The notes below the pieces were generated by a model, which saw only the letters and a program-made list of their open reading frames with translations, did no database searches and was not told where the DNA came from. A DNA stretch of 63,740 nucleotides, the filler included, from an uncultured virus (IMG/VR IMGVR_UViG_2061766007_003500) (taxonomy: Duplodnaviria > Heunggongvirae > Uroviricota > Caudoviricetes). It is 13 parts of one record of this genome, joined end to end, with 100 filler letters (N's around TTAATTAATTAA, not from the genome) between each part and the next. Parts side by side here need not be neighbours in the genome. Positions count along the whole stretch, not along the records: positions 1 to 3,556 come from IMGVR_UViG_2061766007_003500; positions 3,657 to 6,803 come from IMGVR_UViG_2061766007_003500; positions 6,904 to 7,737 come from IMGVR_UViG_2061766007_003500; positions 7,838 to 9,808 come from IMGVR_UViG_2061766007_003500; positions 9,909 to 11,601 come from IMGVR_UViG_2061766007_003500; positions 11,702 to 16,114 come from IMGVR_UViG_2061766007_003500; 7 more parts are not named here. One strand, given 5' to 3'. Made by a program: the position numbers and the translations under genes. Each line of letters begins with the position of its first letter. Position 1 is the stretch's first letter. Below, in pieces: positions 1-11,710 of the stretch.

Positions 1-9
1 TACGACAAT

Positions 10-420
10 ATGATTGCCGGAGCGGGATTGTTCGCGGTCGGCTACGTTCTTTCGTCTTTGTTTGCCGTTTGGAGCCCCGTTAATTTCGCGAAGATGTGCG
101 CCGCGATTGTTACAAGCGCTTCGATTATAACAATGCTTCTTTCGATTTGGAAGGGTGAAAGGAAGATGAAAGCGGNNNNNNNNNNNNNNNNNNNNNNNNN
201 NNNNNNNNNNNNNNNNNNNNNNNNNNNNNNNNNNNNNNNNTTCTACGTAACTTGGAACCCTGGTTTTCTTGCCTTGGCGGTTGGGGATTCGTTATTGCTT
301 GTCGGCGAGATGCTTCCGAAAAGCAAGACCGTTAGAATTGTTTCGGATTTGTTTTATTTCTNNNNNNNNNNNNNNNNNNNNNNNNNNNNNNNNNTTTCAT
401 TAGTAGGAGGTTGGCTATGA
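10..420 (+). CDS. Small membrane protein(s), gapped; possibly two genes
   Basis: Several hydrophobic segments (AGLFAVGYVLSSLFAVW; AAIVTSASIITMLLSIW; GFLALAVGDSLLLVG). Confidence 0.5.
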   Translation: MIAGAGLFAVGYVLSSLFAVWSPVNFAKMCAAIVTSASIITMLLSIWKGERKMKAXXXXXXXXXXXXXXXXXXXXXXFYVTWNPGFLALAVGDSLLLVGEMLPKSKTVRIVSDLFYFXXXXXXXXXXXXSLVGGWL

Positions 421-983
421 CGCCTGAACAGCAAAGGTTTTACGATGTAAAGCATTACAGCGACTATCAAACGGTTGGCGGCAACATTGACTTTGCCGTC
501 ATCATCGACGACCAGAACAAAAAGGTGATTCTTCAATACGAGGAAAGNNNNNNNNNNNNNNNNNNNNNNNNNNNNNNNNNNNNNNNNNNNNNNNNNNNNN
601 NNNNNNNNNNNNNNNNNNNNNNNNNNNNNNNNNNNCAAAAACATTCCGATTCTAAAATGGCTGAGGGAGTGCGAGGCCAGGCCGGATTACAAAAAAGTCA
701 TTCAAGGATATTCCTTCGGCTCCGCTATGGCCAAACTGACGGCCATTCACCANNNNNNNNNNNNNNNNNNNNNNNNNNNNNNNNNNNNNNNNNNNNNNNN
801 NNNNNNNNNNNNNNNNNNNNNNNNNNNNNNNNNNNNNNNNNNNNNNNNNNNNNNNNNNNNNNNNNNNNNNNNNNTTCAAAGAGAAAGGTCGGGCCGGGCT
901 TCAATTTGTTCAAAATGCTTTTTCATACGTCCGACTATCACGCGGACTACGATTTGTACGATTATTCCGAATGGGAGAAATGA
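417..983 (+). CDS. Alpha/beta-hydrolase, class-3 lipase-like (gapped)
   Basis: AGGAGG RBS before ATG 417. After the first gap, a frame missing from the ORF track reads KKVIQGYSFGSAMAKLTAIH (G-x-S-x-G nucleophile elbow). C-terminal His-containing segment TSDYHADY. Confidence 0.7.
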   Translation: MTPEQQRFYDVKHYSDYQTVGGNIDFAVIIDDQNKKVILQYEEXXXXXXXXXXXXXXXXXXXXXXXXXXXXXXQKHSDSKMAEGVRGQAGLQKSHSRIFLRLRYGQTDGHSPXXXXXXXXXXXXXXXXXXXXXXXXXXXXXXXXXXXXXXXXXSKRKVGPGFNLFKMLFHTSDYHADYDLYDYSEWEK

Positions 984-1008
984 CCGGATTCTGAGATTCG
1001 AGTTTCGA

Positions 1009-1032
1009 GCCGCCTTGAAAGGGCGGTTTTTT
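1009..1032 (+). terminator. Intrinsic terminator
   Basis: GCCGCCTT-GAAA-GGGCGGT hairpin followed by a T run, after the lipase-like gene. Confidence 0.85.
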
Positions 1033-1073
1033 TNNNNNNNNNNNNNNNNNNNNNNNNNNTTTTTGATTTTCAC

Positions 1074-1102
1074 TTTACTTTTATTTTACTAGATGTTATA
1101 AT
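1074..1102 (+). promoter_or_regulatory. Sigma70-type (early) promoter, repeated phage motif
   Basis: TTTACT-N17-TATAAT with TGn extended -10; closely related copies elsewhere in the window. Confidence 0.8.
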
Positions 1103-1158
1103 GCCAATCAAGAAGATTTCAAAGATTGGAAATTGATTGCTCGCGCAGGAGGAATGAA

Positions 1159-3556
1159 GTGAAAATAAAGGTCTACAGGAAATTCAAGGGCAAGTGGGAG
1201 TTGGCCAGGGTGATTTATTCCAACAACTTTGAGATAGATTACATCAGTTTTCCGAACGGTTATGGCATAAACCAGGTCGTCGTTCATGTCGGCGATTGNN
1301 NNNNNNNNNNNNNNNNNNNNNNNNTACGATTGCTGTATGGGAGAAAAGGAAATAGAAAGGAGATGAAGGAATGATTGTGAAATGGCGGTTTTGGCTTGCT
1401 TTGGAGCTGTCGGTGATTGTTGGTGTAGGCGTTTGGGCGTATTTATGTCCGAACGAAATTCTTATCAAAGGGATGTGCGGATTCGCAGTTCTAACTTTGA
1501 TTGAGAAGGTTAGGGAAATTCTAAGGAAATGATTATGGAAAAAAGAGCAGAGAGAATGACTGACAAAGAGCTTGCGAGAGAATCTTGGTGGAACGATAAT
1601 AACTGTTCCGGCGCTTTGCCTACTGAGAAGATTTATGAATGCGGTTTTCTTGCGGGGCTTAAAGCGGGCAGACTGAAGTGGTACAAGGTAGCTGACGGAG
1701 ATTTGCCGCCGATTCNNNNNNNNNNNNNNNNNNNNNNNNNNNNNNGATAAAGTTGAATACATTGGTTATGGTAAGTGGCAGGTATACTCAGAATATTATG
1801 AAAGATATGTTGAAGTTGACCCGCCTATTGCTTGGTGCGAAAAACCAGAATACACGGAGGAATAAGGAATGACAGGAATATGCGTTGAAAATTGCAAGTT
1901 GCTTTTAATGAAAAGTGTAGAATATGGCCGCTATGAGACGGAAGTGGAAGTCGATTTCTATAAAGGCAAGACAGTGGATATTGGAGANNNNNNNNNNNNN
2001 NNNNNNNNNNNNNNNNNNNNNNAGTTGGTCGTTCGAGACTATCGCCAAGATTGGGCTGACGAGTTTTATTGGATTAAGAAGTGCGACCGCGACAAGTTCT
2101 TCAAGCGGGCGCCTGAGGAAACCGTCCAATGCAACATATTGCCTACAATGAATGAAATGAACGCGTTTCTGAAAGGAATCGAGACTGACAAAATCGTTTC
2201 CAGCGGAGTCGATTCGACAGGTTGTTGGGTCTACTACAAGACTTTCGTTGAGAAAAGTTGGGAGGAATAAGATGAAAGACTTGAAAGGTTATGAATATGT
2301 TATCAACCAAATGACCGCAAAATTGGCTCACGCTTGCGACGTGATTAAGACTAAACTCACGCAAGAATCCTCCAAGCCGATTAAGGACTTCGAGGTTTCA
2401 TGCGAAGGAGCAACCAAGGCGACAATCACTTTCTACGACGAATGGTTTCTTTTTGGAGAAACAACAGACATTCAATATCTCTATGAAGCCGTTGAAGAGG
2501 CCGTAAGTTCAGACCCTGAGAACTTGAGATACTGTTTGGATAAGGACTACTCTTGCGGCGGATTGGTTAAGATAGAGCTGCAAGACTACTCGAAGTTTCT
2601 TGGAAACTACGAAATGCCGAATCTGAAGCCGAAAGACGAAGACTATAAAAGCGCTTACATTTTCAACTTGATTGAGGAAAACATAGAGTTCCACAACAAG
2701 ATTATAGCGATGAAAGTCGTTCTTGAGAAACACAACCTCATGGGCGAAGTGAACGAATTGTTGAGGTGGGTGGAGAAGAAATGAATTACAGAGAATGGAC
2801 AATGAAGTATCGCGAACCTTCCGTNNNNNNNNNNNNNNNNNNNNNNNNNNNNNNNNNTAAAGAAGTGAGGGTTCACAACATTGGCAACCAAGTGTTCATT
2901 CGCTTTTTCATTGACGGAATTGAAATTGAGGAGCCTGAATTTCCGCGTGAAGTTGTAATGTGGTTTCACAACTACTTGTTGAAGTTTTACTTCCAATGCA
3001 TCACAAAAGAAATGCTTGTTTGTCTTGCTGACACCATTGCAAGGGAGGCCTTGCCTCATTTGAAAGACCCAAGACAAGGGGATTTTAACGATTGGAAGTT
3101 GGTGGTTCACATGGGAGAAACCGAATGATGTTTGAGAAAGAAGCGGAAGAAGCAACATTGGATTTGTACGGTTCAGCTGATGATGTGTATGGAAAAGAAG
3201 ATTATAAGCAAGGTTTTAAGGCAGGCGCTGAATTCGGCTATAACTCTGCTATAAAGTGGTTTGACGCTAAAAGAAGNNNNNNNNNNNNNNNNNNNNNNNN
3301 NNNNNNNNNNCAGATATACAATCGAAGCCATTTCCGATAAAGGCGATATGGTTTGTTACGACTATAAAGATAAATGTTGGAAGAAAATTGTAATTGAAGA
3401 TGAAAAGGTAACTTATGTTCCGGTTGAAATAGAAATGTGGTGCAACAACCCACTAAGGAGATGTGAATGACATCACTTACTGAAAGGGAAGAGAAGGCGA
3501 TGTTCCATACGCTCGGTTATGAATATCAGCCGAATTGGAATGATGATAGAGGCGGT
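1159..3556 (+). CDS. Cluster of small hypothetical genes (approx. 1159-1374, 1371-1532 membrane, 1529-1865, 1869-2270, 2272-2784, 2781-3128, 3125-3470)
   Basis: Abutting or overlapping ORFs with RBSs. The 1529-1865 ORF has W..VADGDLP...IAWCEKP, resembling the phage DUF551 pattern. Confidence 0.75.
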
Positions 3557-3658
3557 NNNNNNNNNNNNNNNNNNNNNNNNNNNNNNNNNNNNNNNNNNNN
3601 TTAATTAATTAANNNNNNNNNNNNNNNNNNNNNNNNNNNNNNNNNNNNNNNNNNNNTA

Positions 3659-6600
3659 TGAAATATGGTTTGGAGAAGATAAAAGTGAACTCGGACTTTA
3701 TTGCAATTTTGGTTTTATTATAAAGCCAAAGAAACCTATCAAAATTAACGGTCTTCTTGAAGATTGCGTTGTGAAAGCCGATAAAGAAAACCTCAAAAAA
3801 TTATTGCGGCTTTCCAAAGCGAGAAAAATCATAGAATCTATGTTGCCTTTTGTGCCTAAAGAAAACATCGAAGGTATTTACGAAATCGTCCAAATGGCTG
3901 AAGATTTCTTAAAGGAAGAGGCGAAATACGATGAGCCTTCACTTATGGAAAAGGAATACATTCTAGTCAGCTTGAAACACACGGACTTGAAAAAATGCCT
4001 TGTTGAGTTCGTGATGTGGAAGGACAACTACGCCGGTTACACGAGCGACTTCAACAAAGCGGGGCGGTACACTTTTTCAGAAATGAAGGAGCATTGGAAA
4101 GGACTTCCTTCTTGGCTGGAGTTTCCCANNNNNNNNNNNNNNNNNNNNNNNNNNNNNNNNAACTTGAGAAGTTCGGATTTGTCGCGAAAACATTCTTGAT
4201 GAAGAAGTGAGCGGAAATGAAGCAAGAGACGAAAGAATTGTTGGAAGAGGCAATTTCGATAATCCACCAGCAAGAGCGAGTGTATTCCATAGATTTGCCT
4301 GAAGGCGAACAAATCAGACTTAAAAACATAAATGAAACCTATCGCAAAATCCAAGCCTTTCTCCGCTCCATTCCGGACATCGAAAAGAAATTGCAACATG
4401 GTGGCTACATCTTCGACCGCAACAATACCCTTTGTTGCCAAGGCGACAAAGTGCGGTTCTACTTCGAGGAGAAAGGATACGAGGATAATTGGAAAAGGAA
4501 GAACTTGCCGAGGCTTGCGGAAGGCTTCATAGACTTTAACCATAAATCCAAAAGTTTCCAGATATTGTTCAACAAAACCGAGCAAGGTTGGGATTGGATT
4601 GATTGGACTTGCGACGATTATGGTTGCGAGTGGTTTGAGAAGATTGAGGAGAAGAAAAAGGAATGAGCGAAAGGAAGTATTTCAAAGCCAACTTGAACGA
4701 CTACGTTAAGGTCCGCCTCAATGATTATGGAACGTGCGTCTACAAATCCTTTTACGCGAAATACGGATTGGACGCACCCCAACTGAAGATGGACAAGGAA
4801 GGATATGTTGAATTCCAAGTTTGGCATTTCATGAACATCTTCGGCAACAGCTTGCGTATGGGCGGAAAACCGCCTTNNNNNNNNNNNNNNNNNNNNNNNN
4901 NNNNNNNNNNNNNNNNNNNNNNNNNNNNNNNNNNNNNNNNNNNNGCCAAGAAATAGATGAAATGCACACTTATTCCACAGGACCCAACATAACGGATTTG
5001 TCCTATACGATAAATTATTACGGAGATTATGTTGAGGATAGTAAGAAAGAGCATTTTGACATTTGTTCCGAATGCCGAATGNNNNNNNNNNNNNNNNNNN
5101 NNNNNACGCTAGGTTTAAGAAATTGTTTACGCTCAAGAGGGAACAAAATGTATGACGACAATGAATCGCCCTACAGATGCCCTCTTTGCTTAGTCCGCCC
5201 CAGCCTTTGCACGACGGACGCTAATACAAGAAAGTATACAGTCGGTTGTTTGACCAGTGGTTGTTCCGCTCCGGTTTTCACGGAACCTGAGGCTTCGTCA
5301 ACTCGAATTTGCACAAAATACATTCCGTTGATTGAATGGGATAACTGGGTAGTTCGATACAGAATCGAGCATCCGAATTGGCACTAAGAGCGCATTTGCA
5401 AAGGTTGCTTGAAAAATNNNNNNNNNNNNNNNNNNNNNNNNTCGCTTGTCCGGACGCGGTTTACGAAACGGAGGAGGAGAAGGAATGAGTTTTTTGGAAT
5501 GGATTATGTTCAACGCTTATTGGCAGACCCACAAGAAATGCGAGTTTTGGCTTAAAACCGTCGCGGACGACCCTTTCGAGGCTTTCGTTTTCTGCTCTTC
5601 CGACTTGATGACATCCGTCAAACTTTCAATAATGCGGTTAGCCGAAATGAAAGACGATGACGCCGCGCTCAAGTCGTTCTTGACGCAAATGGAGAAGGCG
5701 TTCAACATAAAGAGCGAGCGTTTCGTGGACGAGTGCTTCGAGAGCGTAAGGCTAGGGCAGAAAAACCCTTGCTANNNNNNNNNNNNNNNNNNNNNNNNNN
5801 NNNNNNNNNNNNNNNNNNNNNNNNNNNNNNNNNNNNNNNNNNNNNNNNNGAAAAGAAATGGAAATATTTCCATATGAGGAGGAACGAGATTTCTGCGGCA
5901 GATGTTTTCCTATTGTTTGCCGGGAAGTGTTTAACAAAGCGAATGATGGCATGACGGTTGGGGAAGTTAGAGAAAGAATTAGGAGGAATGTTGAAGAATG
6001 AAATTGACAAAAGATGACAACGATGAATTCAACACTGAAAAGGTTTACATTCCTTGTCTCGGAGTTGACGGAAAGTGGCACATATGCGAGCCTCAGCTTG
6101 ATGCTTGCANNNNNNNNNNNNNNNNNNNNNNNNNNNNNNNNNNNNNNNNNNNNNNNNNNNNACGAGTGCACATATTAAGGAGGAAATAAATGATTAGTTC
6201 GATTATTTGCATAATTAAAGCGGCGAGCATTTCGTGGAGCGAATTTACCTACGTAGCGCTTCCGATTTTGATTGCGGAATTCATTCTTGATGAAGTCTTA
6301 ATCAACGTTTTGTTGGGCAAGTTGTTGGGTAGGAAAGCGGGAGGAAACTAAATGAATGAATCGGTTCTCGNNNNNNNNNNNNNNNNNNNNNNNNNNNNNN
6401 NNNNNNNNNNNNNNNNNNNNNNNNGGCGACGAGCTCATCTACGGCAAGCCCCTGCGCCCGTCCGGAGCGAATCTATGGCGCAATCTTTCCGACGCCGAGG
6501 CGGCGTACGGGATTTTGGCCCAAGACGGAAATTTCGCTAGAGGCCATTTCGTGGACAAGATGTCGGACGCTGAAGTCAAGGCCCTGGAAACGGCTTTTCN

Positions 6601-6803
6601 NNNNNNNNNNNNNNNNNNNNNNNNNNNNTGAAACTGAACATCGTTGAGAGCTGCAAGCACATCGAGACCTGTCGCGGCGGAAAGCGCGGAAAGTGCGTAG
6701 GGTGCAACATCTGGAACATTCTTTACGACTACCAGGCTTTTTACGAATGGTGTAGAAAGCGAGGCCGGCATTGGAAAAGCGTCGAGCGAATATTGAGAAA
6801 GGA
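3659..6803 (+). CDS. Cluster of small hypothetical genes (incl. 3771-4210, 4217-4666, 4663-4956, 5485-5774, 5998-6189, 6352-6600)
   Basis: Co-oriented short ORFs with RBSs, several cut by N gaps; no recognisable domains. Confidence 0.7.
5148..5387 (+). CDS. Small zinc-ribbon protein, Lar (restriction-alleviation)-like pattern
   Basis: CPLC...YTVGCLTSGC...EWDNW resembles the CxxC-V.CxxC-W(N/D) layout of Lar-family proteins. Confidence 0.35.
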   Translation: MYDDNESPYRCPLCLVRPSLCTTDANTRKYTVGCLTSGCSAPVFTEPEASSTRICTKYIPLIEWDNWVVRYRIEHPNWH

Positions 6804-6903
6804 NNNNNNNNNNNNNNNNNNNNNNNNNNNNNNNNNNNNNNNNNNNNTTAATTAATTAANNNNNNNNNNNNNNNNNNNNNNNNNNNNNNNNNNNNNNNNN
6901 NNN

Positions 6904-7314
6904 GAAACAATCAAAGGTTGGGAAGACGGCAAAACGATACAGTATCTAGATGAATCAACTAAAATATGGATAGACATACCCAAAGATTACGACATCGCTT
7001 GGTTTGTCGATAGNNNNNNNNNNNNNNNNNNNNNNNNNNNNNNNNNNNNNNNNNNNNNNNNNNNNNNNNNGCCATACATTAACTCTGCTGAAATGATTGC
7101 GGACTTTATCGACAAGTTCAAGGTCAAATGCCCGCCTTATGCGGAGCCGTTGATTTGGGTGAAAGGCAAGGAAAGTGACAATCGCTTCCTAGTGACAGTC
7201 TTCACTCCCAAAGACGGGGTATGCTTGGGTAAAGAAGTCCTTAGCTTCAAACATTTGTTTGATTGGTATACCTACTTGGATGGAAGCCCTGTAGGAATGG
7301 AGGTTCTAAAATGA
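6904..7314 (+). CDS. Hypothetical protein, WEDGK.IQ-repeat family (partial)
   Basis: ETIKGWEDGKTIQ is near-identical at DNA level to about 19195-19230 (-). C-terminus ends WYTYLDGSPVG. Confidence 0.65.
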   Translation, partial: ETIKGWEDGKTIQYLDESTKIWIDIPKDYDIAWFVDXXXXXXXXXXXXXXXXXXXXPYINSAEMIADFIDKFKVKCPPYAEPLIWVKGKESDNRFLVTVFTPKDGVCLGKEVLSFKHLFDWYTYLDGSPVGMEVLK

Positions 7315-7737
7315 CTTTATACAAAATTATGTGCGGAGACTGCCGCATGTTGTTTTGGGTCCGCGATTACGAGCATAATTACAGTTGCCCTTGTTGCAAA
7401 AGTTCTGCTTGTGTCCCATTGGACGAGCAACACTTCAAGGAGGTTTTGAAATGACAAAAGAAGAATTGGAAAGATTGTATATGGACATTTATGACAACGG
7501 CATCGCTGACTCTGATTACAAAGAGAAGTTCAAACGATATGTCAATAACAGGCTTGAGAATCTTGAAAAGGAAAACAAGAAGGCGAAAGAGATAATGAAT
7601 ATCGCTATAGAGGGAATTAAACATTGGGGCGTTGTTGGTGGCACGGAAAGGCCGTTTATAAAACAAGCGGAAATGTTGTTTAACTTATTTTTGGAAGAAG
7701 CGGAGCGATTTTCAAAAGACGAAGGTTGCCCCGATTG
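7311..7737 (+). CDS. Two small hypothetical genes (CxxC-CxxC protein 7311-7454; MTKEELE... protein from 7451)
   Basis: GGAGG RBSs, overlapping start/stop codons. Confidence 0.65.
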
Positions 7738-7846
7738 NNNNNNNNNNNNNNNNNNNNNNNNNNNNNNNNNNNNNNNNNNNNTTAATTAATTAANNNNNNN
7801 NNNNNNNNNNNNNNNNNNNNNNNNNNNNNNNNNNNNNTTTTTTGAC

Positions 7847-7875
7847 TTTACTTTTAGTTTATTGTATGTTATAAT
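7847..7875 (+). promoter_or_regulatory. Early promoter motif copy
   Basis: TTTACT-N17-TATAAT with TGT, followed by AGGAG RBS and ATG 7897. Confidence 0.8.
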
Positions 7876-7896
7876 TTTAGCCATAGGAGATTTGAA

Positions 7897-9615
7897 ATGA
7901 TTGACGAGATTTTTCCCAAGCGAAGCGCGTCGGCATTGGCCTACGCGGTTCTGAGGTCGGGAATGAAGAGCGCGGACAAGGCTTTTTTCGAGACCGGGGT
8001 TTACAGGTTTTACATGGACTTGCTGGACGGCCTGAATCTTATGAAAATTTACCCGTCCGTAAGGCGTTTCTGCGAGTCGCATCCTAATTGGAAAATTCCG
8101 AAATATCCGATGCAGGTGAAGGAGNNNNNNNNNNAGAATATTTTTGTGGGCGACTTCTTGGACTTGGCGGACGGATTTTCCGAAACCATTCAGTTTTTGG
8201 TTTCCATAATCGCCTTCGCCATTCATCTGTTGGTTTTGCCCGCTTTGATTCCCATCTCTTTGATAAAATACTTTAGGTGGAAATGCGATNNNNNNNNNNN
8301 NNNNNNNNNNNNNNNNNNNNNNNNNNNNTACCAAAACGAGTTGACGGAGTGGAAGGAGAGCGGAAAATGAACTTTTTGTGCCAAGGCGGAACGGTCAAGT
8401 CAATTAACGACGGACAAGAGCATTGCGTCAATCCAAGGGAAGTGAGGGATTGCTTTTCAGAGGCTCTTGAAAACTTCAAAGGCGATTCCAATTCCCACAT
8501 GTTTTATGAAGGCGGTCATGGAACATTTTACCACAAGGATTTTTGTCCCATAATCCTCAAGCCTAGGGAAGACGGAAACTACTCGATGGTTGATGAGATT
8601 TTTAAGCAGTTCAAGCCGAAGGAGAAATGGGCGTCAGTCGCCATAACGGGAAAGGACGGAAAGCCTTTCCACATCAAGGACAAGGAGTTAATCAACGAAA
8701 TCATAATGCGGTGCGATTCCGCCGTTATCGGAGTTCAAGGCAACAACAGTCTTTTCAACAAATTGATTGATGATGTTGTTCAAAGGCCGAAACCGAAGCA
8801 CGAAGAATCTTCGGAGGCTTGGGAAAAGCGGTACGACGAATGGCGAAAATTTTGGGGAGCGAAGCCGATTGTCCTGGACTGTGAGGTATTTGACGTTCAG
8901 CTTCTTTCGTCTTGCCATTGCGACGGCCCGCTCTCGTTCGTCCACCCTGAAACTGGAAAGGTCGGCTTGGTGACGAACTGCCGCTGGACTTGGGAGCCGA
9001 TTGAGGATTGCCGGGAAGAGCTGCAANNNNNNNNNNNNNNNNNNNNNNNNNNNNNNNNNNNNNNNNNNNNNNNNNNNNNNNNNNNNNNNNNNNNNNNNNN
9101 NNNNNNNNNNNNCGATTCGGAAAAGGTAAGGATGAAGAAAGTCAAATACAACGACCCGCAAGTAACCTTCAAACTTTCCTGCAAGGGAATCGAGCTTGTT
9201 CCGATTATTCCCGTCAAGAAAATGAAGTGGGTTTTTAAGTGCAACAAGAAACTTTACGGCAAGGAATGCAAAAGATGGTCTTTGGTTTGGCCTGTTGAAA
9301 AATTGTTCAGAAAGCTGCAAAAGAGGTTTTTCTACGATGATTGGGTGGCGTGGCATGACTACGTTTTGTGGGGCGGATTGGATTCAATCTTCACAAGGCA
9401 GGAAAGGCATTTCACTATAGACCAAACGATGCGAATGTTGCAGATGTGGCGGGNNNNNNNNNNAAAGAAAAGAAGGGTTGAATAAAATGAGCGAAATTGA
9501 CGGCCATGCCCCTGAAAAGGATTGCGATAACAAAGCCAAAGCAATGAAAGAAGATTGGAACAAGGCTGAAAAAGGGAAGTTGACGGTATGGGGCGAAATG
9601 AAATCGGCGGAATGA
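7897..9615 (+). CDS. Hypothetical genes (7897-8124, 8135-8370 membrane, 8367-9026, 9113-9485, 9487-9615)
   Basis: Co-oriented ORFs broken by gaps; no recognisable motifs. Confidence 0.6.
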
Positions 9616-9937
9616 TTTTCGTCCGCATTCGACAAGTGGGGAAACGTTGAGTTNNNNNNNNNNNNNNNNNNNNNNNNNNNNNNNNNNNNNTGGAAGACTA
9701 AGAGTCTTTGGAAAAATAGAAAGGGAAATTTAGGGTTTTTCGGAAATTCTATAATGACAGGTATGGAAAATTTAAAGCGTTCCGCCTTGTCGAGATGCGC
9801 CGGAGCGGNNNNNNNNNNNNNNNNNNNNNNNNNNNNNNNNNNNNNNNNNNNNTTAATTAATTAANNNNNNNNNNNNNNNNNNNNNNNNNNNNNNNNNNNN
9901 NNNNNNNNTGGCGAGCGGTTGGATTGGGGTTAACCAA

Positions 9938-10243
9938 ATGACAGACGAAGAAATGTTAACGGGGGGAGTAAATTCTATGGACATGAATGTTGAAAATTGG
10001 GAATTGAAAGATTCTTGCGATGACGCGCAGTTTTATTACCAATCGAAATTAAACGATGATATGATTGCTTGTATCGTGATTCCGCATAAAGGAAATCGTT
10101 TTCAATGGTTGTTGCGAATAGGGTTCAAGTCCACATTCAACAAATGGGGCAATGTGGAATATGAAAATACTTTTGATACTTTTCCATTACTTGCTGAATT
10201 TATGAGCGATGAAAAGCATCTAAAAGAAATTGCGATGGATTAA
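9938..10243 (+). CDS. Hypothetical protein
   Basis: Intact 101-aa ORF. Confidence 0.65.
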   Translation: MTDEEMLTGGVNSMDMNVENWELKDSCDDAQFYYQSKLNDDMIACIVIPHKGNRFQWLLRIGFKSTFNKWGNVEYENTFDTFPLLAEFMSDEKHLKEIAMD

Positions 10244-10255
10244 GGAGGATTAAGT

Positions 10256-10588
10256 ATGGCTCTGAGTGAAAATGTTTTAATGCGTGATTTTTATGTAGAT
10301 GTGTGCGGAATACCTTTTAAGTATATTGAACAAGTGTCAACAGACAGACTTGACGGTTTTATGGGCAGGTCCGATAGCAAAATGTCGTTTATTACAATCA
10401 ATGCGGATATGACAAAAGAAATGAAACAGTCCACGCTTATTCACGAATGGATTCATGCGACTTTGGATTTGCAAGGAATGGGAGAATTATCAAATAACGA
10501 GCAGCTTGTATCTATTCTTGCCAACGAATTGTATAGACAAGGTTTTAGAATTAAGTGCGTTGATAAGAACAGAGATTGCTCTCTATAA
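10256..10588 (+). CDS. Small zincin-type metallopeptidase (ImmA/IrrE-like HExxH)
   Basis: I.IN.D......STLIHEWIHA motif with downstream E (NEQLV); AGGAGG RBS. Confidence 0.7.
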   Translation: MALSENVLMRDFYVDVCGIPFKYIEQVSTDRLDGFMGRSDSKMSFITINADMTKEMKQSTLIHEWIHATLDLQGMGELSNNEQLVSILANELYRQGFRIKCVDKNRDCSL

Positions 10589-10603
10589 TATAAGGAGTGA
10601 ATT

Positions 10604-11601
10604 ATGTTTGAGAAAGATGCGGAAGAATATGTCAACACTCACGTTGCTCCTCCATTTTCTATAAGCGAGCAANNNNNNNNNNNNNNNNNNNNNNNNNNNN
10701 NNNNNNNNNNNNNNNNNNNNNNNNNNNNNNNNNNNNNNNGGCGACTTGCCAAAAGTTAGTGGCAGATATTGGGTTTATACAGGCGGAGAACCTTTTACTC
10801 TTGATTTTGATACAGAAGTAAATGCATTTGGTTATTGGCGACTTGATGTTGGCGATGATTTTGGCATAAGAGATACGATATTTGAAACAGTTACGGAACT
10901 TGGCGAAGATAAAGTTATCGCTTGGAAAGAGATTGTTCTTCCAAAACTTCCAAAGGAGAATGTATGAACTGCGTGAATAAATTCCGAGTGGTGGTTCCAA
11001 AGTATTGGAACTTAACTCCTGTTAAAAACAACATCAACACAACGATAAGGTGGTGTTACGAAGTGTATGACTGTTCCGTTTGCAAGTGGAAAGTTACCGC
11101 TGTGAATTGTGGAGGAACTAATGAAGCGAACTAAACTGGAGAAATGGGTGGACGAAATCTCAAGAATCACGAACCCTTGCCCTCTCTGCGCCTACATCGA
11201 CAAGAATGGTGTAGGCCATAGCGAAAATGTAGAAGTGTGCAAGGGTTGTTGTTGGTATCACCCAAGCCAATTCAAGGAGCGGAAGAAATGAAACAGATTG
11301 AATTGAAAGGAACGAATGTAATCGTCTTGCAATATCCAGAAGAAACTGCGGTAAAAGACGTTCTGCTGGCGACAAATAAGTTGCAGGATTCGGTTGGACA
11401 GAGCAAGCAAGTTGTGGCGATGCCGGACAAAGTTTCGATACACTGCTTTGATTTTCAAGGTTTCGTTGAACATCTTGAAAAAGTGTTCAACGTTCAAATT
11501 ATGTGGAGGAAGGGGAATGACAAACATTGACGATTTTAACCCTTCCGATTGGTATGCTCCCATAAGAAAAGAGTGTGAAAGAACGAAACCGATGAGAGAC
11601 G
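10604..11601 (+). CDS. Small hypothetical genes (10604-10967 DUF551-like; 10964-11134; 11121-11291; 11288-11530)
   Basis: MFEKDAEEY...GDLPK...VIAWKEIVLP resembles the paralogs at 1529 and 3125; overlapping ORFs. Confidence 0.65.
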
Positions 11602-11710
11602 NNNNNNNNNNNNNNNNNNNNNNNNNNNNNNNNNNNNNNNNNNNNTTAATTAATTAANNNNNNNNNNNNNNNNNNNNNNNNNNNNNNNNNNNNNNNNNNN
11701 NGATTGAGAG

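Noticed and set aside
9620..9654. Short stretch encoding SAFDKWGNVE, similar to STFNKWGNVEY at about 10128-10162
   Set aside because: A tiny remnant beside a gap and on a different scaffold; cannot separate paralog decay from a strain variant.
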